From positions 112,158,001-112,222,000 of the forward strand of contig NC_042997.1 of assembly GCF_006345805.1 (NCBI RefSeq): DNA of 64,000 nt. The letters run 5' to 3'. This stretch comes from Octopus sinensis. Lineage: Eukaryota. Each line of letters starts with the position of its first letter. The first letter of the stretch is position 1. Below the pieces are notes generated by a model. That model was given only the letters and a program-made list of their open reading frames with translations, ran no database searches and had not been told where the DNA came from. The position numbers and the translations under genes were made by a program. Below are positions 1 through 11,705 of the stretch, piece by piece.

Positions 1-222
1 TGAAGCAGCTTGGCACAGATTGACCTTGAACTCTGCTGTGTTTGTGCACTAAGTTTTAATGTACTAGCTCACTTCTGCTGTTTACAGCAGTGCTTGGAAG
101 GAAGGTGTATAGTGTGTGATCGCCACATTGATCATGACAGAGGAAGTTGAGCAGAGGATCTGCATCAAATTTTGCCAAAAGCTTGGCAATACCTGCTCAG
201 AGGCCTACACAAAGTTTTCAAA
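1..222 (+). mobile_element. Tc1/mariner element, 5' fragment (sub-terminal region plus transposase N-terminus)
   Basis: ATG at 134 reads MTEEVEQRICIKFCQKLGNTCSEAYTK, a mariner HTH N-terminus. Bases 1-135 align with the reverse complement of about 640-790. Confidence 0.75.
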
Positions 223-225
223 AAG

Positions 226-837
226 TTTTTTTATCATTCTCAACACAATCAAGGAGATTTTGTGCAACTGAAACCCGAGTGTCTTTTTAGTCAGCTGAAA
301 GCAATTTTGGCACAAACTTGGCTGACACGCATCTCATACCCAAATCTTCAGCAATAATGGACTGAACAGAACCAAAACTAATCTTCACCATCCTCTGATA
401 ACTCACGGATGGTGATTCGATGATTTCCCCTCACAACTGCACACAAATCTGTGATGTTTTTCTCAGTTCTGCTGGTTGTGGGTCTCACAGAATGTTTGTC
501 AATATCAACGTTTTTTCAGCCATCTTGGAAACGCCTGAAACACTTGTGCACTTGTGTGTGGCTCATATACTCCTCTCGACAAACGTTCTGCAACTTTGCG
601 TCAGCCTCTGAGCAGGTATTGCCATGAAAACTTTCTCTGTCATAGTCAATGTGACAATCACACGCTACACACCTTCCTTCCAAACACTGCTATAAATAGT
701 GGAAATGAGCTAGAACATTAAAACTTTGTGCACACGCACAGCAGAATTCAAGGTTAATCGTTGTCAAGCAGCTCCACTTTGAGTGCTTTAGCTTTGTTAC
801 TATGGCAGCAGTCCGGATACTTATTGATCAGACTTTG
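226..837 (-). mobile_element. Tc1/mariner element, left TIR plus degenerate transposase N-terminal half
   Basis: The minus strand reads ...RFQDG*KNVDIDKHSVRPTTSRTEKNI...RITIRELSED / ISFGSVQSIIAEDLGMRCVSAKFVPKLLSAD*KDTRVSVAQNLL. A TIR-like end (caaagtctgatcaataagtatccggac, minus strand) abuts TA at 838-839. Confidence 0.85.
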
Positions 838-952
838 TATGATCATTGGATGTCTGCCATATTTCCTGATATTATCCATGGTGACAAAAGTACGCTCCCA
901 AAATTATCTGCCATATGATGGCTAACGTTTTCTCTACTTTCTTGAATGCCAA

Positions 953-970
953 GGAGAGAGAGAGAGTGAG

Positions 971-1003
<33 letters not shown>

Positions 1004-1102
1004 GACAGAGAGAGATACAGAGACATAGAGAGAGACAGAGACAGACAGACAGACAGAGACAGAGACAGAGACAGACAGACAGAAAGACAGAAAGAGAGAG
1101 AG
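953..1102. repeat. (GA)n/(GACA)n compound microsatellite
   Basis: Seen directly in the sequence. Confidence 0.95.
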
Positions 1103-1125
1103 ATAAGCTATCATATACATTTGGG

Positions 1126-1432
1126 AAGGCATGTGGCCAAGAGGTCAGGATATTTGGCTTATGGTCGTAAGGTCATGAGTTCAATGCCTGGCAACATGTG
1201 TCTTTGAGCAAGATACTTTATTTCACGTTGCTCCAGTCCACTCTGCTGGCAAAAATAGAGTTGTACCAGTAATTCATAAGGGCCAGACTTGTCACATACT
1301 GTGTCATGCTGAACCTTCCAGAGAACCACACAAGAGGTACATGTATCTGTGGAGTACTCAGCCACCTGTATGTTAATTTCATGAGTAGGCCGTTCCATTG
1401 ATTGGATCAACTAGAACCCTGGTTGTCACAAC
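1126..1432 (+). mobile_element. tRNA-derived SINE (degenerate)
   Basis: Degenerate tRNA-like head, followed by the central block tgtctttgagcaagatactttatttcacgttgctccagtccactc shared with the SINE at 39881. Confidence 0.6.
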
Positions 1433-2751
1433 TAAATAAGAGCCAGTGATATACATACAGAAAATCCTGGAGGGGTATATTCTAAACTTTGGCTTTAGCA
1501 AGAATTTTAATGCACAGACTGGTAAGTACTGTTGGCTTCCAAATATATATACCAGCTTCGAAATGACGAGCAAAAACACTCTGTTGTACCAGTCTGATGT
1601 TTAGAGGTCCTTACTTGTGTAAGTGCCAATCTAAAGAAATCAGAAATATAAAAGGAACCTCAACTGAAATATTAAAAAAAAAACTTTGAATAAACAGCCA
1701 ACCATTCAAGGAAGCACTCAAGGAAGATCAGCTACTATTAATTCAATCACAGACAACTTCCAGCCATAAAGTGATGATAAAACTGATAGTAAATTGAGGC
1801 AGTGCTCAAGCATTGCTGCAGTCCCACAATTGAAACCATAATACTTTTGTGTCTTTCTCCGTCACAACATATGAATGAGAAGGGAAGGGGTGATAGATGA
1901 ATAAGGAAGGAAGGGGTGGTGGCAAACTTGGTAGTGGGATGATGGAAGTTGTGCGGTAAAAAAAACCAATCAAACTGGGAAAAAGCGATGAAGTGAGCTT
2001 GCTTCACTACATCTATGCTGGCAACTTCCAAATATACCAGCTTCGAAATCCCGAGCAAAAACACTCTGTTGTACCAATCTGATATTTAGAAGTCCTTACT
2101 TGTTTAAGTGCCAATCTAAAGAAACCAGACATATAAAAGGAACCTCTACTGAAATATTAAAAAATACATTGGAAAAACCCCTAAAGAAGATATTGGACCA
2201 TTTAAGGATACATTCATGGAAGTTCAGCTGCTACAAACCCAATCATAATCCATCTTCCAGCCATAAAGTGAGGACCAATGCCTTGCAAGTGACTATAGTA
2301 GACAGAAACTAGGTGAAAGGCTGTCGTGTGTGTTTGTTTGTTCCGGTAACTTAGCAGTTCAACTTCCAGCCATAAAATGCGGACAAAACTGATAGGAAAT
2401 AAATTAAAGTGGTGCTTCAGCATGACCACAGTCATGACTGAGGCCATTCAAAGAATAAAAGATAAAAAGAATGCCTTCAAAACCATTTGGATTAATTTTC
2501 CTCATTCTGTCCACAGGAAAGTGACCAGCAAATTTTGTCGATACAGCTACAGTTTCACATGGAGAATTTTTCTTTTATTAAAATCTTCAGAGGTGCAGAA
2601 ATGGCTTTGAATGGCTGATTTCGCAACCAGGTGGCTTTTGGGTTCAGTTCCACAAAGTGGCACCTTGAGCAAGTGTCTCCTTCTATAGCCTTGGGATGAC
2701 CAATGACTTGTGAGTGACTTTAGTAGACAGAAAATAGGTGAAAGCCTGTTG

Positions 2752-2782
<31 letters not shown>

Positions 2783-3940
2783 TGTGTGTGTGTGTGTGTG
2801 TGCATGCGTGTGTGTACGTGCATGTGTGCATGCATGAGTGCGTGTTTGTTCCTGTGACTTAGCAGTTCAGCAAGAGAGAGACCAATGAAATAAGTACCAG
2901 ACTTATAAAAAGTAAAACAAGTAGTGGAGTTGATTTGTTGAACAAATCCGTTCAATTCAGTACCCCAGCATGGCCGCAGTCCAATGACTGAAACATGTGA
3001 AAGACAAAAGACAAAAGACTAAAGATATAAGATTTCCTGGTATTAGTCATTTATTAGTATTTCTAACATTGAATCTATCAATCTCTCTGAGTGTCAAATC
3101 TCTTTACACGAAGGAAAGAGAGAGAGATTGAGAATCGATGAGTGTGGCAGATGGCTTGGAAGGGTTGCTTATTTTTCCAGACTAATTCTCAACAAGCAAA
3201 GTGTGAAGATCTGTCAGATTGCCAGAAATGTCACTCCACTTCCAAACACACACACAAACCGATTGGACTATTTCTCAGGCAAACTAAATTCTAACCTGCT
3301 CTTCTTTCTCTTCTTTCTTACTCCAGAAAACAAGGCCACCTTGTTGCCTTTTCTGAAGGTTACGGCCACTAACACACTTAATATACATATGTAGATATAT
3401 ATATATATATATACGTCTATTGCTGTCATATTCTACTACACACTCTCTCTCTCCGTCATTCTCTTACTATATCTCGCCATCTCCCTTTCTTCCTATCTCC
3501 CTCTCTCCCTCTCTCTCTTTCACTCTGTCTTTTGTTCTCTCTCTCCTTCTCTTTCTCCCCCTCCTTTCTCCTTCTCACTCTCTCTCTCCCTCATCTTCTC
3601 TTTCTTGCTCCCTTCTCTCTCACTCACTATTTCCCTGTCTCTCTTTCTTGCTCCCCTCTTTCTCTTCCTCCCCCTCCCCTCCCTCCCTCTCGCTATCTTC
3701 CCTCTCCCCTCCCCCCATACACAGAGCTTCTTTCATTGACTTGTGTATGTGGTTGTTTACGCTGTTAGAAATAGCACCCAGATCTCCCTCACGTCATACT
3801 CTGCCAACTCCAAAATGTGACCACTGGAAAATGTAATCATGGCTAGTGATAAAAAAGGCAAGTTGGCCATGGAAGAGATGTCTTTGATCATAGATTCACT
3901 TGATCAGGACTTACCTGTGATTAAACAACACAAGCTGGTA

Positions 3941-4322
3941 TGCCACACACACACGCACTACACACACAGCACACACACAACACACACTTACACATGTGCA
4001 CACACACACACAACACACACGTGTACATGCACACACACGTATACATGCACACACAACGCGCACACAACGCACACAACACACACACATATGCATACACACA
4101 CCCATGTATATGCACACACACACGCATGTATATATGCACACACACACACGTGTATATGCACACACACACACACACATAATACGCAATACATATATCTCAC
4201 ACAAACACACACACATATACACACAGATACATGTAATGTGCATGCACATACACACAAACACATGCAATACATGCACACACTTATACACAGCACACACACA
4301 CACACACTCACACACACACACA

Positions 4323-4359
<37 letters not shown>

Positions 4360-4432
4360 ACACACACACACACTCACACAACACACATTCATACTCACAC
4401 AAAACATGAAAACACACACACACACACACATT
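3941..4432. repeat. Compound (CA)n microsatellite
   Basis: Seen directly. It is the source of the HTHT/CVCV ORFs. Confidence 0.95.
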
Positions 4433-4954
4433 TCCATTTTGAGGTTGTTAATTAGGTTTCTCATTGATTCTGCTCTAATAAACCAATAAACTTGATTATC
4501 TTTGTACAAAATGTCCTGAAGCGATCTGGTCATCCATTTCTTTACGAAAACTTCAAACACCAAAATGGTTAGAATTTCAGGCTTGAAATACAGCCTTCAG
4601 CAACCATTATTGGCACCAGTAATTCTTCATGAAATCGTATTTGAATTAGTTTTGTCTTTGGTCAATCACTGATTCTTAATGGAATTCTGTATCATTGTTA
4701 AACATCTTAAATATTTAATAAGGTATGGGTAAGAATGTGTGGTAAGAAGCTTGCTTCCCAACCACATGGGCGTGGGTTCAGTCCCATTGTGCGACACCTT
4801 GGGAAAGTATCTTCTGTTATAGTCACAGGCTTGAGAGTGGATATGATAGATGGAAACTGGTAGAAGCCCATCATATATATATATATATATTTGTACAAAG
4901 TGTAAGGATTCTTAACAAGCATCTACCTGCTAGAAATAAGAGCTGAATGTTTTG

Positions 4955-4986
<32 letters not shown>

Positions 4987-4990
<4 letters not shown>

Positions 4991-5150
4991 CACAGGAGGG
5001 GCTGTGTGGTAAGTAGCTTGCTTACCAACCACATGGTTCTGTGTTCAGCCCTGCTGCCTGGCACCTTGGGCCAGCGTCTTCTACTATAGCCTTGGGCCAA
5101 CCAAAGCGTTGTGAGGGAATTTGGTAGATGGAAACTGAAAGAAGCCCATC

Positions 5151-5203
<53 letters not shown>

Positions 5204-5440
5204 GGAATGCATATGTTTGTGTGTCTGTGTTTGTCCCCCCACCATCGCTTGACAACTGATGTTGGTGTCTTTACGTTCCTGTAACTTAGTGGTTTGGCAA
5301 AAGAGACCAATAGAATAAGTACTAGGCTTACAAAGAATAAGTCCTGTTGTTGATTTCTTCGACTAAAGGCAGTGCTCCAGCATGGCTGAAGTTAACTGAC
5401 TGAAACAAATAAAAGAATAAAAGAATAAAAGAATAAAAGT
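4987..5440 (+). mobile_element. CORE-type tRNA-derived SINE, full length, with internal (TA)n(TG)n and (TAAAAGA)n tail
   Basis: Head ggctgtgtggtaag...ttcagccc, CORE-like caccttggg block, internal microsatellite, 3' body ending gactgaaacaaa(taaaaga)n. Many other copies occur in the window. Confidence 0.8.
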
Positions 5441-5443
5441 ATA

Positions 5444-5490
<47 letters not shown>

Positions 5491-5881
5491 CATGTGTATT
5501 TCTAGTAAATGCCTTTACAAGGTTAACTTTTATGGTATCAATGATGATGCCAAAATTGATGAGCATGCACTAGAAGCATCTCCTAAACAATTATCTCTGG
5601 CAGGGGCCAGCAAAATGGTCGATGTTGACCCCTGGGTATTTATGTGACTATCCAAGAGGTCACTTGAAAGAATTTTGGGCATTTAGAGTTCTGAATTATT
5701 AACAAACTAAATCTGGAAGTGTTTGGGTAATTCAAGGCTTAAACTCACTAATTTCCAGCCAAATATTTATGTAATATAACTAACATTCACGAAACACATG
5801 TTTTACATTAAATATCTGGACTACATCAGTAGTGGCAGGCATGGCTGGGTGGTTAGAAAACTTGTAACTATTTGAGAGAGA

Positions 5882-5919
<38 letters not shown>

Positions 5920-6079
5920 GGAAGGAGAGAGGTACTGATGTTAGTGTGTTTGTTTATTCAACTGTGTGGTGGTATCGTTCTAAAAATAGCTCAAACTAAC
6001 CTTTTGACCATACTAAAATTTTTTTAAATTTTGGAAACCTGACAACACACACACACACACACATAGTTGATATTCCTTC

Positions 6080-6443
6080 AAAGGAAGAAGAAAATGGAGA
6101 TTGGAAAGTTAATAATTGTTTATCATTAACAGCAAACTGGTCATCTTCACTCACAGCTCTTTCTATTAATACACAATAAGCATTATTCTTACGTGACATG
6201 AGCATATCATCAGAGGTAAAAAGGATGTACCTCTGGATGCTATATGTGTATTTGTGAGTCTGCTAAAATGAATTCACAAACACACATATAGCATCCAAAG
6301 GTACATCTCTTTTTAACTCTGATGATAAATGTAAATGTAAATTGAATGCTTATTGAGTATTAACTGAAACAGATGTAAGTGAAGATGATCAATTTGCTGT
6401 TAATGATAAACAAATAACTTCCCAATCTCCATTTTCTTCTTTT
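6080..6443. repeat. Fold-back element (about 175-bp imperfect arms) carrying a hammerhead motif
   Basis: 6080-6259 is the reverse complement of 6272-6443. CTGATGA at 6319 and GAAAC-agat-GTA at 6366-6377. Confidence 0.85.
6313..6383 (+). ncRNA. Putative minimal type-I hammerhead ribozyme (Penelope-like type)
   Basis: ttaact-CTGATGA...GAAAC-agat-GTA-agtgaa. Helix I is act/agt plus 2 bp after a mismatch. The mirror arm suggests an ancestral ACAGCTGT palindrome in helix III. Helix II pairing is not obvious. Confidence 0.5.
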
Positions 6444-6824
6444 AAATGAATATAAACTATGTTTTTAGATATGCCTATTATTTTAAGGAAATCCATTCCC
6501 CCAGAAATACTTGGTATTAAACCAGTATTTCCTTGGATGAAACCATTCTTTCTGGGGTTAACACATCCTCTAATTAAATTGAATTATTTATATGTATCTG
6601 TAACTTAGTGGTTTGGCAAAGGTAACTGATATAATAAATGCCAAATTTAAAAAAAAGAACATAAGTACTTGGGAGAGACTAGTTTAACTAAAGCTCTTCA
6701 AGGTGGTGCCCCAGCATGGCCACAGTCTAATGACTGAAACAAGTGATAAGTGATAAAAGAAGATAATGTGACTGAATTTTTATTGTTTTTTTTTAATCAA
6801 AATTCATTAAGTTTATTCATTAAA

Positions 6825-7041
6825 GTATTTTCTATCTTATATCTCTGACTTGTTTCAGTCATTTGACTGTGGCCATGCTGGGCACTGCCTTGAAGATATT
6901 TTTTAGTTGAATGAATTGACTTCAGCACTTTTTTTCTCTTCTTAAGTCTGGTACTTATTCTATCAGTCTCTTTTGCCAAACCACTAAGTTACAGGGATGT
7001 AAACACACCAACACTGATTGTCAAGGCAGTGGTAGAAGACC

Positions 7042-7077
<36 letters not shown>

Positions 7078-7240
7078 CATATGATGGGCTTCTTTCAGTT
7101 TCCATCTACTAAATCCACTCAAAAGGCTTTGGTCAGCCTGAGGCTATAGTAAAAGGCACTTGCCCAAAGTTTCACGCATGGGATTGAACCTGGAACCTTA
7201 AGGTTGGGAAGCAAGCTCCTCACCACACAGCCATGCCTGC
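6825..7240 (-). mobile_element. CORE-type SINE copy
   Basis: Reverse complement of the 4987-5440 family. Confidence 0.75.
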
Positions 7241-7419
7241 ATCCATATTCTTCGAATACTTCTTACTAAAAAATGATAGAGACACAAAAGAACAAAGGAA
7301 TTATTGGTTTTAAATTAAAAAGTTTTTATCAAAAATACTTCAGAAATTTGCACGAGGAAGATCCATGATTCCATGAAGAGGCGAATGATGTAAGAAGTTT
7401 GCTGACTCTTGGTCTATAC

Positions 7420-7492
7420 TAGTGGTTCCCAGCCTGGGGTCTGCAATGGTAGTACTGAGGGTCTGTGAACTAAATTCAAAATTCCATATATG

Positions 7493-7541
<49 letters not shown>

Positions 7542-7887
7542 TGGTATGTTTGTTCCCCAAAAATACTTATTTTAGTGCTGTTGACATTGCCAGATTGAAT
7601 GGTACTGCCCAAGTGTCGAAACCATAATGATATCCGTAGTGCAGCTGATGATGGAGGTATGTTGGATTGTTGGTACCGCTGTTTTTGTATATGTGGAATA
7701 GTATTATAACACATCCTTTTGAGATATATATATATCAAAAGGGTGTGTTATAATTATAATATATCTATATGTATATATATATAATATATATATATATATG
7801 TGTGTGTGTATATATATATGTGTGTATATACATATGTATATATATATATTAATATATATATATATAATATATATATATAATATATAT

Positions 7888-7919
<32 letters not shown>

Positions 7920-8300
7920 TAATATATAGATAGTTGGAATTAAAAAAAATCAAAATAAAAGATGAAGATGGGTGTGTAAACAACAAACAGGTGTATTAGT
8001 TTAACGCTCAGGAAATGAGAAAGTCTTTTACGTTTTGAGCCTATGCTCTTCAACAGAAAGGAACACAGAAATAAACAGGGAGAGAAAATAAAAAAAGGGG
8101 AAAAGGGGTCTGTGAGAAAACTCATTTAAATGAAAAGGTTGGGAACACTAGAATAGCATGAGTGTGCCCTTCGGTTTGCTGCTCCTGGCTCCACATAAAA
8201 TACATATTGCTTACAGCAGACTCAAAATTGCCCCTACGCACCCCCCCCCCAGTCCGGCTATGCTTGTGGTTGTGAACCACTGTGAAGTTGGGAGCCACTG
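7420..8300. mobile_element. hAT-type MITE with 8-bp TSD
   Basis: TIRs tagtggttcccagc / gttgggagccactg. Identical 8-bp flanks gtctatac at 7412-7419 and 8301-8308. It contains (TA)n and a nested element. Confidence 0.8.
7945..8100 (-). mobile_element. Short non-coding repeat with hammerhead-like motif (family E)
   Basis: Homologous to 28865-29050 and 34770-34950. The minus strand reads cttt-CTGTTGA-agagcataggctc-AAAACGTA-aaag. Confidence 0.65.
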
Positions 8301-8454
8301 GTCTATACTGTAGGAAATAAATAGATTTAGCATTTATGCCATATTCTGAAATAACTTGGTCAGTCAGTCAGTTGTGGCTGTGCCAAATCTGACGATAATT
8401 CAGTTAAGTTGTAGTTTAACTTCAGTTGATCCTGAGAAGATATCTGAGTGAGAA

Positions 8455-8932
8455 TGTGGGGGGAGAGAGAGGCAGAGGGAGAGAGAGAGTAGGAGAGAAA
8501 AAGAGAGAGAGACACACACAAAGACAGAGAGAAAGAGGGAAAGAGAAAGGGAGAGAGGGGGAGAGAGAGTAGGAGAGAAAAAGAGAGACATATACACACA
8601 GACAGAGAGACAGAGGAAAAGAGAGAGGGAGAGAGAGGGTAGGAGAGAAAAAGAGAGACATATACACACAGACAGAGAGACAGAGGAAAAGAGAGAGAGT
8701 AGGAGAGAAAAAGAGAGAGATACACACACAACGACACAGACACACAAAGACAGAGAGAAAGAGGGAAAGAGAAAGGGAGAGAGACAGACGGAGACACAAG
8801 AGAGAGAGAGAGAGAGAGGGTGCAGGAAAGAGTAGGAGAGAAAAAGAGAGACAGACAGACAGACAGACATACACAAATATAGAGAGAGCGAGCGTGAGAG
8901 GGCGGGAGTGAGAGAGGGAGGGACACAGACAG

Positions 8933-8964
<32 letters not shown>

Positions 8965-8965
8965 T
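8455..8965. repeat. GA-rich minisatellite (about 60-65-bp units) grading into (GA)n
   Basis: The unit gagtaggagagaaaaagagagac... recurs about 5 times. Confidence 0.85.
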
Positions 8966-10255
8966 GCTTTGATAAGCTGCCTTGTTCCAGATTACAATAA
9001 ATATAATCTTCTTGGTAAAGCTTTCCTCACCCACCTGTAAATGCTGGCTTACTCATGCGGGCTTACCTCCCTTTGCTTCTTCTATTTCTCTTACAATAAC
9101 CTCAGTCACTTCGATGCCACACAAACTGGGTCTGCCCGGCTCATAAGGCTCGTCATCAACCAAAGTCCAAGCATGAAGGGCTCAGCTCAGATTTCATGGC
9201 ATTCAACAGATGACAGATGCAGGGTTCATAAAAATCCAGATTCTCTGCCTTGTTTCAACTTACTTCAGAGTTGTTTAATTTATGTTAATTAACGATCTGA
9301 GGAAATCGTTACAGCTTGAATGCTTACAACAATATGAACTTTACTGAAAGCTCTCAAGGACCAAGTGATGACATTAAACCTACTTGCCTACTTGCCAAAA
9401 ATTAAATTGTGACATCATATCTTATGAATCCAAGACTACCAAGTCTTAGAGCAAGACACTTCATTCCAAAAGTTTTATTCCACCCAGCTTTGAGGAATTC
9501 TTACCAGAACCTCTGTGAGAGTAAATTATTAATAAATCTAGGGAAGTTGTTATGGTTCTTAAAGAAAGTGTTAATCCTTTCATGGGTCACAGAATGTCTC
9601 TGAATTGGTCACTTGTTTCTGTCTTCATTCCTGATCTCTCTCACTCTCCTTCTCCGGCCAGGTAACCTTGTACTTGCTCTACAGCAATACACATGTTTCT
9701 GTCTCTTTGTCTCACTAGAACCTTTCATCATCCAACACAAGGTCACCTCCTCCAATGCCCCTTCCCCTCTCAAAAGAGGTTTTTTTTTTTGTCTTGCAAG
9801 TTACTTGGTGACCCTGTCAGTGCAGGTGCCACTTAAAAAGCACCCAGTCCACACTGTGGAGTGGTTGGTGTTTGGAAGGGCATCCAGCTGTAAAACCTTG
9901 CCAAAACTGACCTCGCCTGTGCTTGTGCCATAGTAAAAGCACTGAGTCTACTCTGTAGAGTGGTTGGTGTTAGGAAGGGCATCCAGCTGTAAAAATCCTG
10001 CTAAAACAGTCACAGAAGTCTGGTGCAGGCTTCTGTGAAACTGTCCCACCCATGCTGGCATAGTCTAGACTGATCATTTTCATCTGAGTCAGTTCTTTTG
10101 AGTCAGAGTTTTCTTAAATGGGTTGGGGAACCACACATCATCAACATTTAATGTCTGTTGTCCATGCTGCTATGGGTTGGATGGTTTGACCAGAACCTAC
10201 TGACCAGAGAGCTGTACTAGGTTCTGGTAATCTATTTTGGCATAGTTCCTTATTG

Positions 10256-10468
10256 CCAGCACCTCATTCATATATTTCATTTTGACTGCTATTTCTAGTA
10301 GACTAAAGTTGCCTTCCATTTTTCATGGTACCAGCACCTCATTCATATATTTCATTTTGACTGCTATTTCTAACAGACTAAAACTGCCTTCCATTTTTAC
10401 ATGGTGCCAGCACCTCATTCATACATTTTATTTTGACTGCTATTTCTAGCAGAGTAAAGTTGCTTTTC
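10256..10468. repeat. Tandem repeat, 75-76-bp unit, about 2.8 copies
   Basis: ccagcacctcattcata recurs at 10256, 10331 and 10407. Confidence 0.9.
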
Positions 10469-10622
10469 AAAGTGATCATTTATCCCTCCCCTATTTAACA
10501 CTACACAAAACAACATTGGGCTCTTACGTAGTTGATCCCTCCTGGACTTCAGAGGAGATTTGATTTTCAAATGAATGAAGAGTCTTGTGAAAAAAATTAA
10601 CAATCACACTTTTGTGGTACAC

Positions 10623-10740
<118 letters not shown>

Positions 10741-10994
10741 GGTTAATCCCAATTTGCTCAGAGTATGATTTGCGATGTGATTTTGTATATGCAAATGAAC
10801 GTTAATTCACTATTCAGTTTACAGAATGTTGAGAGACAGAGATTATGGGTGATTATGTGAGTGATTTGGTTTAAACCACTGAGCTGATTAGGGTGGATAT
10901 TGCTAGCAAGCTCATTGCTTTCATAATGGAAGTAAATTTGTATTATGTCAGTATATTGGTGTGCTACAAAAGGCCATCTGTGTCAATAAAAAAA

Positions 10995-11196
10995 CACACA
11001 TACACAAACACACACATGCACACAAACACACACACACACACAAGCACACACACACACACTCATGTGCACACACACACACACACACTCGCATGCACGCACA
11101 CGCACACATACACACACACACACTCGTGCACATACACACACACGCATGCACACAAACACACACGCACACATACACACACACAAACACACAAACACA

Positions 11197-11238
<42 letters not shown>
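10995..11238. repeat. Compound (CA)n microsatellite
   Basis: Seen directly in the sequence. Confidence 0.95.
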
Positions 11239-11239
<1 letters not shown>

Positions 11240-11334
11240 ACAGTTTGCATAAATGGAAAAGAAAACCCAATATTCCTTCCAAAAATAGAATTTTAAAGAC
11301 TCAAAAAAAAAAAGCTAGAATGTGGCTGGGCAAT

Positions 11335-11705
11335 AACAGGTTCCTCCAAATAGCCACCCTCAGCTTTCACCACAGCATCATGATGGCTCCAGAGTCTGGC
11401 AGAAAAGTTCCTCACTGTGTCCTTGGGAAGGTCTTTCAACATCATCTCATTCGATCTTGGGCCCCCAGCTCAGCAACTGTGCCCCGCATAGTGATCCATG
11501 GGATTACAATCGATGGGATTAGGGAGCCAGAAATTGGGGCTAGAAATTCTTCAGCAACCATTCCTGATTCTTTCTGGAGGTATAGCAAGGAGCCAAATCC
11601 TGCTGCCACACATATGACTTTCTACCAGCAACTCCCTCCAGCCAACGACTGATCACAGCCTCCAACAGTCTCACATAGCTGTCTTAGTTGAGCCTTGGTT
11701 TCATG
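11335..11705 (-). pseudogene. Tc1/mariner (maT/DD37D-like) transposase C-terminal relic
   Basis: The minus strand reads RLN*DSYVRLLEAVISRWLEGVAGRKSYVWQQDLAPCYTSRKNQEWLLKNF, then after a frameshift FWLPNPIDCNPMDHY...KDLPKDTVRNFSARLWSHHDAVVKAEGGYLE. These match the QQDxAP and WPPNSPDxNPxD motifs. Confidence 0.85.

Noticed and set aside
3839-4489. 216-aa ORF and other long HT/CV/YI/LS/GW-rich ORFs across the window
   Set aside because: Beyond the first 33 codons these are translations of di- and tetranucleotide microsatellites, open only because the repeats lack stops.
4441-4700. Unique sequence between the candidate exons at 3839 and 5522
   Set aside because: On the plus strand, all frames after the only good acceptor hit stops. 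The minus-strand ORF lacks convincing splice sites.
9066-9180. Minus-strand stretch AWTLVDDEPYEPGRPSLCGIEVTEVIVREIEEAKG ending at a strong GTAAGC donor
   Set aside because: There is an in-frame stop immediately upstream and no convincing acceptor, so it cannot be supported as an exon.
11062-11652. 196-aa plus-strand ORF
   Set aside because: It consists of a (CA)n microsatellite plus the antisense strand of the Tc1/mariner relic.
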